Shown here: piece after piece, positions 36,516-45,987 of the stretch
Position numbering within the stretch: the stretch's first letter is position 1
How the letters are laid out: each line of letters starts with the position of its first letter
Source of the DNA: an uncultured Pseudomonadota bacterium
GTDB lineage: Bacteria; Babelota; Babeliae; Babelales; RVW-14
Direction: 5' to 3'
DNA length: 64,000 nt
Assembly (NCBI GenBank): GCA_964568625.1
Contig: CAZMQG010000003.1
Location: 44,166-108,165, forward strand
Program-made: the position numbers and the translations under genes
The notes under the pieces: generated by a model
What the model saw: the letters and a program-made list of their open reading frames with translations, nothing else
Told to the model about the DNA's origin: nothing
Database searches by the model: none

Positions 36516-39239
36516 TTAATTCAAAGTAACAGTACTTGTTGCAACCTCTTCCATCTGTTCTTTTTCTCTTTTCCGCTTAACCTTTTCCTCATACTTGGCC
36601 AATTCCTCTGAAACTTTATAGTATGAATCGGCTTTTATATTAACCATTCGAGGCATTGATTTTGCAAAAACAAAATCATCAAGAGGTCTAATAACACCAT
36701 TCTTAACATCAGAAAGTTTTTGCTTAATCGATTGGTCAGCAGGCCTAAAGAACCAACGCTGAATTGGATCCTTGTCTTCCAAGAATGTATCATTTTTTAA
36801 CAACTGATATTTGGCATAATCAAGTTTAAGTTGTGTATACTCATCAGCGGCCCCTTCAAAACGTGGTTTGATAATACTTGGCCGAATAAAAATGTAGAGA
36901 TTAGACTCTGTCTGTTGTTTCTTTTTATTTTTAAAAAATATTGAACCAATTAGAGGAATATCTCCAAAAATCGGTGTCTTATATGTGTTCTCAGTATCTT
37001 TTCGCTTGGTTAGTCCCCCTAAAACTAAAACTTCACCCGCAAGCATACTCGCCTTTGTTGTAAGTTTGCGAGTTGCTTTTTTTGCAACGGTAGGAGTAGG
37101 ATCTAGCATTTCATCAACTTCCGCTTTAATATCTAAATCAACAACCCCATTCAAATTCATTTTTGGCGTTATTTCAACCATCGTTGTCGCAGGATCATCA
37201 ACAATTTTTAATTTAGAGTCTTCACCTTTTCTTGAATCAAGCTCCCCATTCACTCTATAAGTATTTGTAACTTCAACTCTACACGACTGATTATTATTTG
37301 TAACCAAAAATGGCTGGGCTACAACATTGGAGTTGTCAACGTTAATATAAGCTTTTATTATCGACCAAATGTTCTCATTTTCATAGCCAGACAACTGCGT
37401 TGCAGCTCTTCCCAAAGTCACAAAGGTAGGATGCCCTTTACCCTCATACTCAGGAGTTGCCAACTCAATATAATTTTTTATTTCTGCACTTTCACTATTT
37501 TTCCCGGCACTCAAATTCCTGGCCTCAAATTCATGTATACCCATCCCCGGCCTATGCCCAAACAGTTGATATAACTGTGAGCCAAGTTGTTTAGCCTGAT
37601 CAACTTCAACATTTATAATCATAACTTCAAGGGCAACTTGCGGCTGAGGCTTATCCAATTTTGATATTAATTTTTCAAGCCGCTTCCAATCATCCCTATT
37701 ACATGCAATAATCAATCTGTTCCCACCACCTCGCGTACTTGAGCTATCTCCTGACGCCGAAGCCTGTTCTGCCGCAATAATAACATCTTCAAAAAATTTA
37801 AATTCTCCGACTACAACACTTTTATCAGATCCTTGCCCAGAAGGCGGTTTTATTACCCCTTCAATTATAGGCTTTAAATCCTCAGCCTTTGCATATCGAA
37901 TTTCTTTTATGTGTAATCTTGATTCGGCCCCACCAATTGGTATATCTATGTATTTATAAATAAAATCTGTAATTTTATCCAAATTTGTCTGTGTACCCAA
38001 AAGTATTAATCTATTTTGTATTGGATCAGAAAAAATCTTTGTTGCCGACGAGAAATATGCCCGTTCTTTTTTTGAATCCCTATCTGCAAAACGAATCACC
38101 CGACTGTCTGTTCCTGAGGCTAATCCCAAAACTTCCTGAAATAACGTTGACACAGTATCTGCATTCGCATTTTTCAACTGAATAATTTTAATTTGTTCAC
38201 TCAGCCCACCCATATCAAGCTGCTTCACTATTTTCATGGCAGATTTAATATTAAAACATTTTTCTTTTATTATGCATGCATTCAGATCCGCACTTATCAA
38301 TATCCCCTCTCTGTCAAGCATGCTTCCCAAAATATCTCTGGCTAACTCCGCCTTGATATTTTTGAATAAATAAATATAGCGCACGACCATATCACTTTGT
38401 GGTAAATCTTCGGGTTCCGTACCAGTTCCTGATGAGTATATTGGCAGCGGTTCATAGCGATTATCTTTGTTTGAAACAACACGATAAACATTTCCAACTT
38501 TAACCATACTAAAACCATTCATCTCAAGCAAAGTCAAAACAACATTCCATGCACGATTGAGAGTAAGGCCCTTACGAGTAGACATAGTCACATTTGCCGC
38601 GGCCAAGTCTTTATGAGGAATGACATTTATTTTTTTTTGCTCACCAATATAATTAACAATGCTTCCAAGCGATGCATTATCAAAATTTAGATAAATATCA
38701 GCATCTTGTCCCGCATCAATAATCTCATTATCATTTTTTGGTTTTAAAACCTCACCCCCAACAATACTTTCGTTCACGGATACCGTGGCAAGATTTTTTG
38801 GAACAGCAGAAGATTCTAAAACAACAGGCGCAGCGGACTGATCTTGAATTGCCACATTAACTCCATTTGGCATACCTTGTGAAACGGGCAACTGTTGTTG
38901 GGCAATTTCAGGCAAAGAAATTTGAGGTAAAATAGCCTGAGGAGAAACTACCTGAGACGAAACTATTGGAATTCCCGAATCGTTTTTTTGTACAACTTGC
39001 TGTAAAATGGGTTGCTCTGCCGCAATTTGATTCGCTACAACCTGTGCAACATCAGGATTTTTGCCTAAATCCTGTCTAGCTGGCATTTGTGAAAATGACA
39101 CATTAGGAATAACAGGTGACTGAGGTACGACGGGTGCCTGGTTTTGACACAACAAAATTACTGGATTTGATAATATCAAAACAATCATAACAACTGTTTT
39201 TAAAAATTTTTTACGAAAATTTGTGGCCATGAAATTCAT
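36516..39239 (-). CDS. Secretin, second GspD/PilQ-family paralog (907 aa)
   Basis: Signal peptide, then a ~150-aa P/Q/V-rich spacer. The N0 domain reads DIYLNFDNASLGSIVNYIGEQKKINVI. Repeated N-domains follow. The C-terminal secretin core reads GEVLVLGGL....TENTYKTPIFGDIPLIGSIFFKNKKKQQTESNLYIFIRPSII. Confidence 0.9.
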   Translation of the reverse strand: MNFMATNFRKKFLKTVVMIVLILSNPVILLCQNQAPVVPQSPVIPNVSFSQMPARQDLGKNPDVAQVVANQIAAEQPILQQVVQKNDSGIPIVSSQVVSPQAILPQISLPEIAQQQLPVSQGMPNGVNVAIQDQSAAPVVLESSAVPKNLATVSVNESIVGGEVLKPKNDNEIIDAGQDADIYLNFDNASLGSIVNYIGEQKKINVIPHKDLAAANVTMSTRKGLTLNRAWNVVLTLLEMNGFSMVKVGNVYRVVSNKDNRYEPLPIYSSGTGTEPEDLPQSDMVVRYIYLFKNIKAELARDILGSMLDREGILISADLNACIIKEKCFNIKSAMKIVKQLDMGGLSEQIKIIQLKNANADTVSTLFQEVLGLASGTDSRVIRFADRDSKKERAYFSSATKIFSDPIQNRLILLGTQTNLDKITDFIYKYIDIPIGGAESRLHIKEIRYAKAEDLKPIIEGVIKPPSGQGSDKSVVVGEFKFFEDVIIAAEQASASGDSSSTRGGGNRLIIACNRDDWKRLEKLISKLDKPQPQVALEVMIINVEVDQAKQLGSQLYQLFGHRPGMGIHEFEARNLSAGKNSESAEIKNYIELATPEYEGKGHPTFVTLGRAATQLSGYENENIWSIIKAYINVDNSNVVAQPFLVTNNNQSCRVEVTNTYRVNGELDSRKGEDSKLKIVDDPATTMVEITPKMNLNGVVDLDIKAEVDEMLDPTPTVAKKATRKLTTKASMLAGEVLVLGGLTKRKDTENTYKTPIFGDIPLIGSIFFKNKKKQQTESNLYIFIRPSIIKPRFEGAADEYTQLKLDYAKYQLLKNDTFLEDKDPIQRWFFRPADQSIKQKLSDVKNGVIRPLDDFVFAKSMPRMVNIKADSYYKVSEELAKYEEKVKRKREKEQMEEVATSTVTLN

Positions 39240-39257
39240 GCTCCCTGCTTACTTTTG

Positions 39258-39818
39258 TCACAACCCCTTAACATCAAATCCACTTTTCAGAGATTTTGTA
39301 GCAATGGTTATATTGAACGATATTTTTTTATCAGGTTCCTGCTTAACATTTAAACTCTTGATGTAAATTATCTCTTTTTTATAAAAATCTTCCAATATAC
39401 GTACCAATTTTTCAGTGGTCTGTCCCTTGAATGATGCCGTCAATGATACCTCATCAAATTTATCATTTAATTCTTCTGTTCTGGCATCCCCCCACCCTTG
39501 ACTAGGCAAGCCCTGAGTTTGACAAAATCCTTCAAAATAACTTTTAATATTAAAATTTCTATCAGCATCAAGCATTGCCTGAATGCGTTGTTCCTCAATT
39601 TCCATTTTTTGATTTTCTTCAAGTATACTTGTTGCCTTATTCGCAAGCGATTCTAATCGCTTTATCTCAAAAAGTAATTCCACACTTTTTGAATGAACAA
39701 AATAAATTAAACCTGAAACAACACCACCCATCCCTAGAAGAAAAACAAGAAAATACTGCTGTACCTGCTTTTTAGTTAGAGACTGAAGATAATTTATAAA
39801 ATTTAGAATAATTTCCAT
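39258..39818 (-). CDS. Bitopic GspM/PilO-like assembly-platform protein
   Basis: 186 aa. It has a short cytoplasmic N-terminus, one TM segment (YFLVFLLGMGGVVSGLIYFV), a coiled coil and a small alpha/beta C-terminal domain. It sits between the GspL-like gene and a secretin. The call rests on architecture and position only. Confidence 0.5.
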   Translation of the reverse strand: MEIILNFINYLQSLTKKQVQQYFLVFLLGMGGVVSGLIYFVHSKSVELLFEIKRLESLANKATSILEENQKMEIEEQRIQAMLDADRNFNIKSYFEGFCQTQGLPSQGWGDARTEELNDKFDEVSLTASFKGQTTEKLVRILEDFYKKEIIYIKSLNVKQEPDKKISFNITIATKSLKSGFDVKGL

Positions 39819-39822
39819 AGCT

Positions 39823-41508
39823 CTACTTTTCTTTTTCTTTCAACTTCAGTTTTACTGAAAATTTTACACCACTATCAGGAATAATAGTAGCACTTATCGG
39901 ATCCTCAAGCAGTGTAAACATAAGTGATTCTTTAAATCGCAATTCAATCGGAATCCAATCATTAAAATGTGATCCACTACCTTTTTTAGATTTAAAAAAT
40001 CCATCAACATCAATCTCAACTCCTCCCTTATCTTTTGAGTTGATCGACAAATCAGTAAAATAAATATTATTTCGCGTTTTATCTGCAATATTTGTCAGTT
40101 CAAGCATTATTTCGAGTGGATTTAAACGCTCTTTTCGGAATGCAGACCACAAGTCAGTTTTTTCTCTTACCAATTTTTGAGCCTCTTGAACAAATGCCTG
40201 CAGTGTTTGTTTTTTAGGCATGTGATCTTTGGGAAATATAGCTTTTAATCTAGAAATTTCAGTTTTTTCCGTTTTATCGAGTGTATTACGCAACGTCGAT
40301 ATCTGCATATAACCATGAACTCCAATTGCCAGAAACATTGTTGTCAAAAGCACAACAACTGCAATAATTTGCTTGCTAACCAATTTATAGTCGACTAAGA
40401 CAAAACTTTTTCTTCGCAAGTCAAATTGATCTTGTTCATAACAAGGTATTGCAGTACCAATCGCGGTAACAAAATCAACTGCTCCATAGTCAATGTTCTT
40501 AAGATGTTTTTTAACAGATTTAATTTCAAAAACTTTGCGCCAATCAAAACTTTCACAAGGAATTTGCAACGTATCACTGCAAAGCTTAACAAAACCCTTT
40601 ACCTGATTCGCTTTTTGAGTAAAAATTATTTTTGTTATCTCATCATAAAAATTAAGCTTTAAGCTGAATGAATTCAATGTAAATTGAATGTCATTGAAAA
40701 AATTTATAAACTGATTTTGAAAAATTTTTGCTAATGCATCACCGCCAAGTGAATTAACTCCATTTAAATCTAAATGCTCTTTAACTTTTTCTACATCCAT
40801 GCCTGACTCTTCGCTTATATTCTTCACAATTGATATAATTCCGCGAGGCATTGTACGAGTTAAGCGAAGTTCTCCATTTTGCAAAAATGCAATTCTTGTT
40901 GACGTTTCACCAACTTCAACCAAAATACTGCCTTTTTCAATTGATGCATAATCAGAAATCTGTTTGTATAAACCATATGTAGCAAAAAGATCGATAGTTA
41001 TATGACTGGGTTCAACCCCTGCTTGCGTGTAAATATCAAGCTCGGCCTGCAAATCTTGGTTTTGAACGGCAGCAACCAAAACTTGTGTCGATTTTTGTTC
41101 TTTATTATGCTTAGTAATTATGAAATCTATAACTGCGTTACTAATTGAAAACGGAAGCATTGATTCAATTTCATAATCAAGCACCATTCGAATTTTTTCA
41201 ACATCATCAAAGGGAACCTGTAATTCTTTAAATGTTACAATTGACGCCGGAATTGCAATGCGTATCTGATCAAAATTTTTGACATGTAACATTATTTTTT
41301 TAATTGCTTCAGATGCTCGCTGAGCATATGACAGATTGATATCAGAAGATAGTTTTTCCGAGAGAAGCTCCTCAACAATTGTCTTACTACGCTTTGCATA
41401 AACAAGCGCAAGCGTAACCATCTCATCCTGAAGAGAAAGTCCAACTATTCGCTGTGCAATTATTCTTTTATTCCCAATTTTTTCAGGCAAAAAAATATTT
41501 TTTATCAT
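39823..41508 (-). CDS. GspL-like protein (PilM actin-like ATPase-fold domain + TM + PilN-like periplasmic domain)
   Basis: The N-terminal ~370 aa look like PilM (IVGLSL.D..V.L...., ILVEVGETSTRIAF..NG.L...R....G). A TM segment IIAVVVLLTTMFLAIGVHGYM follows, then a coiled coil and a C-terminal domain. An ATGA overlap links it to the upstream secretin stop. Confidence 0.7.
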   Translation of the reverse strand: MIKNIFLPEKIGNKRIIAQRIVGLSLQDEMVTLALVYAKRSKTIVEELLSEKLSSDINLSYAQRASEAIKKIMLHVKNFDQIRIAIPASIVTFKELQVPFDDVEKIRMVLDYEIESMLPFSISNAVIDFIITKHNKEQKSTQVLVAAVQNQDLQAELDIYTQAGVEPSHITIDLFATYGLYKQISDYASIEKGSILVEVGETSTRIAFLQNGELRLTRTMPRGIISIVKNISEESGMDVEKVKEHLDLNGVNSLGGDALAKIFQNQFINFFNDIQFTLNSFSLKLNFYDEITKIIFTQKANQVKGFVKLCSDTLQIPCESFDWRKVFEIKSVKKHLKNIDYGAVDFVTAIGTAIPCYEQDQFDLRRKSFVLVDYKLVSKQIIAVVVLLTTMFLAIGVHGYMQISTLRNTLDKTEKTEISRLKAIFPKDHMPKKQTLQAFVQEAQKLVREKTDLWSAFRKERLNPLEIMLELTNIADKTRNNIYFTDLSINSKDKGGVEIDVDGFFKSKKGSGSHFNDWIPIELRFKESLMFTLLEDPISATIIPDSGVKFSVKLKLKEKEK

Positions 41509-44500
41509 GTCAAAGCCTCTTTTTTATCCGCTACCACCGGCCCACGGCTTTTGGTCAAAGATGGATTTTTTGATAAAAATTCTTTTAATCTATTTCGTTT
41601 TTGAATATCAAAATTTAAATCCTGAGAACGTCGCGCATTAACCTTAATCTCGGGAGAGATAAAACGCTTAAATTCATCACGCTTAAACTCTGTTTGTGGA
41701 TTAGCCTGTGGAACTTGGTTAGGAACAGTAGGTTTAACAGGTAGAGGCTCTTGTGTTAATAAATTTTTAAACTCTTCTCTTTTTGCCTGTTCAATTACAG
41801 GTTTTGGTAAAACGCTTTGTGTTTGCGTTTGCATCTCAAGCGGTTGCATCAAAGATGCTTGGGGGATTTGTTGACCTTGTGCAATAGATTCCTGCATAGG
41901 TTGTTGCAGAGGCAAAGCAGACGCATTTTCAATTTTGATTGGCGGCTCCATAAAAGCCAACCCATCACCTGGCATTTGATCAACAGACTGAACTTCCGGA
42001 TTTTCTAATGTCGAAACTGATGGCAACAAAGTAGTCTGTGGTAAACTTGATTGCAACACACTTTGTTGTTGAACATTGGAGGCTAGAGCCGATTTTGTCT
42101 CTTCCGGAATCACTGTTTTTATCCCACTACTTTCAACAACTTTTGATGTCTCAATATTTTTTTGTTTTTTTATTGCTTGAATGTCACCATCTTCATCCTC
42201 ACCATTACCATGTTTTTCTCCCTCAACTTCTGCTCGTACCGTTTGAGCACGATAAAAAGGATCATTTTGAATATCAACAGTTGTTGGTTGATAACGAGCA
42301 TTTGCAAAATCAATAACTTTGTGTGAGTAATTTTCTTTATCAGGATTGAAGAACCAGTTATGAACAGGATCCGGCGTTCTCTTAGTCGTTATTCCATCCT
42401 CAATACTATCAGTTGCCTCATGCAGTTTCATTTTGGTATACAAATTCATACCGGGAGTTTGACGAGGTTTTACGATTGTTGGGCACAAGAAAATAAATAG
42501 ATATTCCTTGGTAATAATACGTTTTTGGTCCTTAAAAAACCATCCCAAAATTGGAATATCACCCAATAGCGGAGTCTTGTATTTTGTCTCTGCAATTTTT
42601 GTCTTAACAAATCCACCCAAAACAAGAACCTGGCCATCTGCAACAGCAACATTTGTTTTTAAATTTCGCTTAATTTTTTGTGTTGCCTCAGCATTTGCAA
42701 ATTCATCAATTTTCAAATCTATGTCAAGCCTAACAAGCCCATCCAGATTTATTTGAGGCACAATAGTTAAATCTGTGTTTGCTGTTACAGACTCATATCC
42801 CTTCAAACCTCCAGTTCCACCTTGTTCTTCTTGTATTATTCGCTGCTCAGATCCAACAACAACATTAGCCGATGTCTTGTTCGCAATTGTCATGAATGGC
42901 TGAGACAAAACAGATGTATTAGTCTGCGTTTTAAGAGCCTGTAAAATCCCCCATATATTTCCAACTTTCCCGAACGTCAATGTAGTCAAACCCTGCTGCG
43001 GAGCTATTTGACTAATCATATTCCCTAGCAAACTTAGCGGGTTAGTGGAGGAATCATACTCAAGCGTGGGAGAAGTGGAAACACCTGCAGATTGAGCATC
43101 AACATTTATTCCAAGCATTCCATGTTTCTTGTTTCTAACTGCACCGCCAAGTTCTTTTGTATCTGTCACATCAACCGTTACAATCATAGACTCAACAGCA
43201 ATTTGTGGTTGTGGCTTATCTAAATCTTTAATTATCTTTTTAAGTAATTTCCAATCAACCTTATCGGTACTTGAAACTACTAACCTATTCCCATCTTTAT
43301 CAACCTTAAAAGTCATACTCTTAAAATATTTAACGCCACCACGAATTGCTCCATACTTACTTGCATTTTGTCCTGCAACACTTTCAGGAACAGCTGTTGC
43401 CTCTTGCAAAATAGTTGCAATTTGTGTTGCATCGGTATACTGCAATTCATAAACATGTAATGGCGATTTAGCCTGCTTAAGCTCGGTATCAAGATGATTG
43501 ACAATAAAATCTTCAATTTTTTTTATTACCTTTGGGCTACCCAACAAAATCAAAGAATTTGTACGTTCTTCAGCGATAACTTTGGTTCCGGGAGGAAAAT
43601 ATGATGTTGAACCCTCAGCTGTTTTGCCAAGTAAACGCGCCAACGGACTTACTTCAGGTTGCTTTATTAAACCTTCAAGAAGAGTCTTAACGTCCACAGC
43701 ATTTGCACTTTTTAGCTTAATTACGGTAACAGCTTCTGCCGTTCCCATTTGATCAAGTTCAAGCAAAACTTTTGCAGCAGCTTTGACGTTAAGAGATTTA
43801 TCTGTAATAACAAAACCATTTACATCTTTAACCGGAAGCTCAAACCCCTTGTCACTCAACATGCTTTTTAAAAGCTCTTCTAAATCTGCAACATTCATAT
43901 TTGTCAGAAATAAAACATAACGAATATTTATATCATTATCCGGTAAAGTATCCGGCGAAACGTTTATATACGCAGGTAATGGTTGGGTTTGTTTTTGATC
44001 TTTAGGAATCACTTTGAATATAAGTGGATCTGAATCCAAATCTCCGGGTATTTTTATGATACTAAAACCACCCATTTCTAGAACGGTTAAAAAGACGTTC
44101 CACGCACCTTCGGCAGTAAGCGGTTCACGTATGGTTAACGAAATTTTTACAGATTCAATTGTTTTATCAACAACCAAATTCATCTGTCTAATTTCAGCAA
44201 TATAATTTACAAAATTTAAAAGATCCGCATTATCAAAATTTAAATAAATGTCTTTTTCTGATGAATTTAAATCTTTTGGTTTATTGTTATTGGCTGTAGG
44301 TTGACCAATAACTTCTGGAATAACATTTGTTGGCAGAATGTTTGTGTTGGATGACTCTTGTGTTGGTAAAAAATTATTTGGTTCAACGATTTGCTCGGGA
44401 ATACCCAGCTGCTCTGGCGTTTCTGAAGCCATAACGGTTGGAGCAGTTTGCGTTGGTAGTGCGGCTGGTGCAACCGGAGGCATGGAAGCATCTTGGATAG

Positions 44501-44744
44501 TCTGAGCAGGAGCAACTGGAATCATTGGAACTGGTGCCACTGGCATAGCCGGAACTGTTGGAATAACTGGAATATTCGGCGTAACTGTCATAGGCTGGGC
44601 CTGCTGCACTCGTTGCGGAAAAGGCAGCAAATCAGGTTGAGCCGCCGGCATACCCATTACAAATCGCGCAGAAAATAAAAAGAGTAATGCTAACCCAAAA
44701 ATTTTAGTCGATCTTTTCATATAAATTCCCGATTTGTAGCGCAT
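41505..44744 (-). CDS. gspD: Secretin, GspD family (1079 aa) with long low-complexity N-spacer and ~320-aa C-terminal tail
   Basis: Signal peptide. N0 domain DIYLNFDNADLLNFVNYIAEIRQMNLVV, followed by N-domains. The secretin core reads GQVLVLGGF....AETKYKTPLLGDIPILGWFFKDQKRIITKEYLFIFLCPTIV. It lies immediately downstream of the GspC-like gene. An alternative start is the ATG at 44720 (MKRSTKIF). Confidence 0.9.
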   Translation of the reverse strand: MRYKSGIYMKRSTKIFGLALLFLFSARFVMGMPAAQPDLLPFPQRVQQAQPMTVTPNIPVIPTVPAMPVAPVPMIPVAPAQTIQDASMPPVAPAALPTQTAPTVMASETPEQLGIPEQIVEPNNFLPTQESSNTNILPTNVIPEVIGQPTANNNKPKDLNSSEKDIYLNFDNADLLNFVNYIAEIRQMNLVVDKTIESVKISLTIREPLTAEGAWNVFLTVLEMGGFSIIKIPGDLDSDPLIFKVIPKDQKQTQPLPAYINVSPDTLPDNDINIRYVLFLTNMNVADLEELLKSMLSDKGFELPVKDVNGFVITDKSLNVKAAAKVLLELDQMGTAEAVTVIKLKSANAVDVKTLLEGLIKQPEVSPLARLLGKTAEGSTSYFPPGTKVIAEERTNSLILLGSPKVIKKIEDFIVNHLDTELKQAKSPLHVYELQYTDATQIATILQEATAVPESVAGQNASKYGAIRGGVKYFKSMTFKVDKDGNRLVVSSTDKVDWKLLKKIIKDLDKPQPQIAVESMIVTVDVTDTKELGGAVRNKKHGMLGINVDAQSAGVSTSPTLEYDSSTNPLSLLGNMISQIAPQQGLTTLTFGKVGNIWGILQALKTQTNTSVLSQPFMTIANKTSANVVVGSEQRIIQEEQGGTGGLKGYESVTANTDLTIVPQINLDGLVRLDIDLKIDEFANAEATQKIKRNLKTNVAVADGQVLVLGGFVKTKIAETKYKTPLLGDIPILGWFFKDQKRIITKEYLFIFLCPTIVKPRQTPGMNLYTKMKLHEATDSIEDGITTKRTPDPVHNWFFNPDKENYSHKVIDFANARYQPTTVDIQNDPFYRAQTVRAEVEGEKHGNGEDEDGDIQAIKKQKNIETSKVVESSGIKTVIPEETKSALASNVQQQSVLQSSLPQTTLLPSVSTLENPEVQSVDQMPGDGLAFMEPPIKIENASALPLQQPMQESIAQGQQIPQASLMQPLEMQTQTQSVLPKPVIEQAKREEFKNLLTQEPLPVKPTVPNQVPQANPQTEFKRDEFKRFISPEIKVNARRSQDLNFDIQKRNRLKEFLSKNPSLTKSRGPVVADKKEALT

Positions 44745-44747
44745 AAA

Positions 44748-45899
44748 TTACCTTGCCCGATTTCTTGCATTTCTCAATTTTTCTCTTAAATTTTCAAGAA
44801 ATCTTGATCTTAAATCTGATACAGTGTTTTGGTCTCTTGTGTCGCCACCATGTCGTTTTGCAAATTCCCTAGTGCGTTTTTCTCGCTCTTGCATTTGATT
44901 CAAAGGCAAAGCATCAGCACCAGTTTTCGCCGGTTCTTTTCCTGCAAGTGCTGCCATCGCCTTAGATATTCGAGGAAATTTTGCAAGCTCATAATCTACC
45001 GAAACTTCATTTCCAGCTCGAAGCATATTCACCGTAATGTTATCGCCAACTTTCATTTTTGAAATAGCATCATATAAACGCATTCTATCCTTAACATCAG
45101 CAACACTTATTCCATTAATTGTGGTAACAACATCATTTTGTAAAATTCCAAGAGAAGATGCAACATCTCTATCTTTTGTGTCGCCAATTTTTACACCAAC
45201 TGATTTACCATTACTGTATGCTGTCCCAAGAACTCCAACTCTCTCAATAAAATTACCCAGCGACTCTACTTCAAGTTTAAAGGCATGTGGATCAATTTTA
45301 TATTTCTGATCACTAATTTTTTTTACTATATTTTCCCACTTATCCGAAGAGGGTAAAAATAAATCATCTTTGATCAAATAAAACGACTCCTGTTGACCAT
45401 TGGCCCGCAAAACTACAACTCTGTTTCTTGATATTTTTATGATTTGAGCATCTTTGATTTTGTCACCAAGGTAATACATATGTTCTTTATTTGTCTCATC
45501 TGCAACCATGGCAGCACTCTTTTGCTCATCACCGGTAACAATAATTCCTTTAAGAGTTATATTTAAAGGAGCAACAAATGATGGAATTTTGGGTTCAGGG
45601 GGAACCGTAAACTGGATTGGCTTTAATTCAGGAATAGGCGTAACAAGAGGAACTTTCTCTGGCGGTGGCGTAACTTTTTCCACGTATGTTCCAAAGACAT
45701 CTTCCTGATAAATTTTTCCCCAATTTTGAGCCGCAACAACAGGTTTGACTTCTACCGGTTTAACAACTTCAGCAGAAACAGCCTTTACCTTTAAAGAAGG
45801 CGGTTCTATTTCTAAAAATCTGCTAACCAATAAAGCCAACAAAAATATTAGAATCAAAAAACTATTTATTATCCATAATTGCAGCTTCATTCCTACCAT
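44748..45899 (-). CDS. gspC: GspC-like protein (TM + Pro-rich linker + HR/PilP-like domain + PDZ)
   Basis: N-terminal TM segment LWIINSFLILIFLLALLV. The HR-like block reads LKGIIVTGDEQKSAAMVADETNKEHMYYLGDKIKDAQIIKISRNRVVVLRANGQQESFYL. The PDZ-like block reads GVKIGD...SSLGILQNDVVTTINGISV.D......YDAISKMKVGDNITVNMLRAGNEVSV. Confidence 0.7.
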   Translation of the reverse strand: MVGMKLQLWIINSFLILIFLLALLVSRFLEIEPPSLKVKAVSAEVVKPVEVKPVVAAQNWGKIYQEDVFGTYVEKVTPPPEKVPLVTPIPELKPIQFTVPPEPKIPSFVAPLNITLKGIIVTGDEQKSAAMVADETNKEHMYYLGDKIKDAQIIKISRNRVVVLRANGQQESFYLIKDDLFLPSSDKWENIVKKISDQKYKIDPHAFKLEVESLGNFIERVGVLGTAYSNGKSVGVKIGDTKDRDVASSLGILQNDVVTTINGISVADVKDRMRLYDAISKMKVGDNITVNMLRAGNEVSVDYELAKFPRISKAMAALAGKEPAKTGADALPLNQMQEREKRTREFAKRHGGDTRDQNTVSDLRSRFLENLREKLRNARNRAR

Positions 45900-45987
45900 T
45901 CCTTTTTATAGCTTTTTAAGATAATTGCCGGATGCATGCAATGTCAAGAAAATAATCAGAGACAATTTATTTTTCATTTAATCACGC

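Noticed and set aside
41817-44678. Plus-strand ORFs with odd H/L/Q/R/W-rich products (for example 41817..42008, 42038..42316 and 44493..44678) opposite the secretin gene.
   Set aside because: They lie antisense to the Q/P-rich low-complexity coding segments of the 1079-aa secretin. Such compositional mirror frames stay open by chance.
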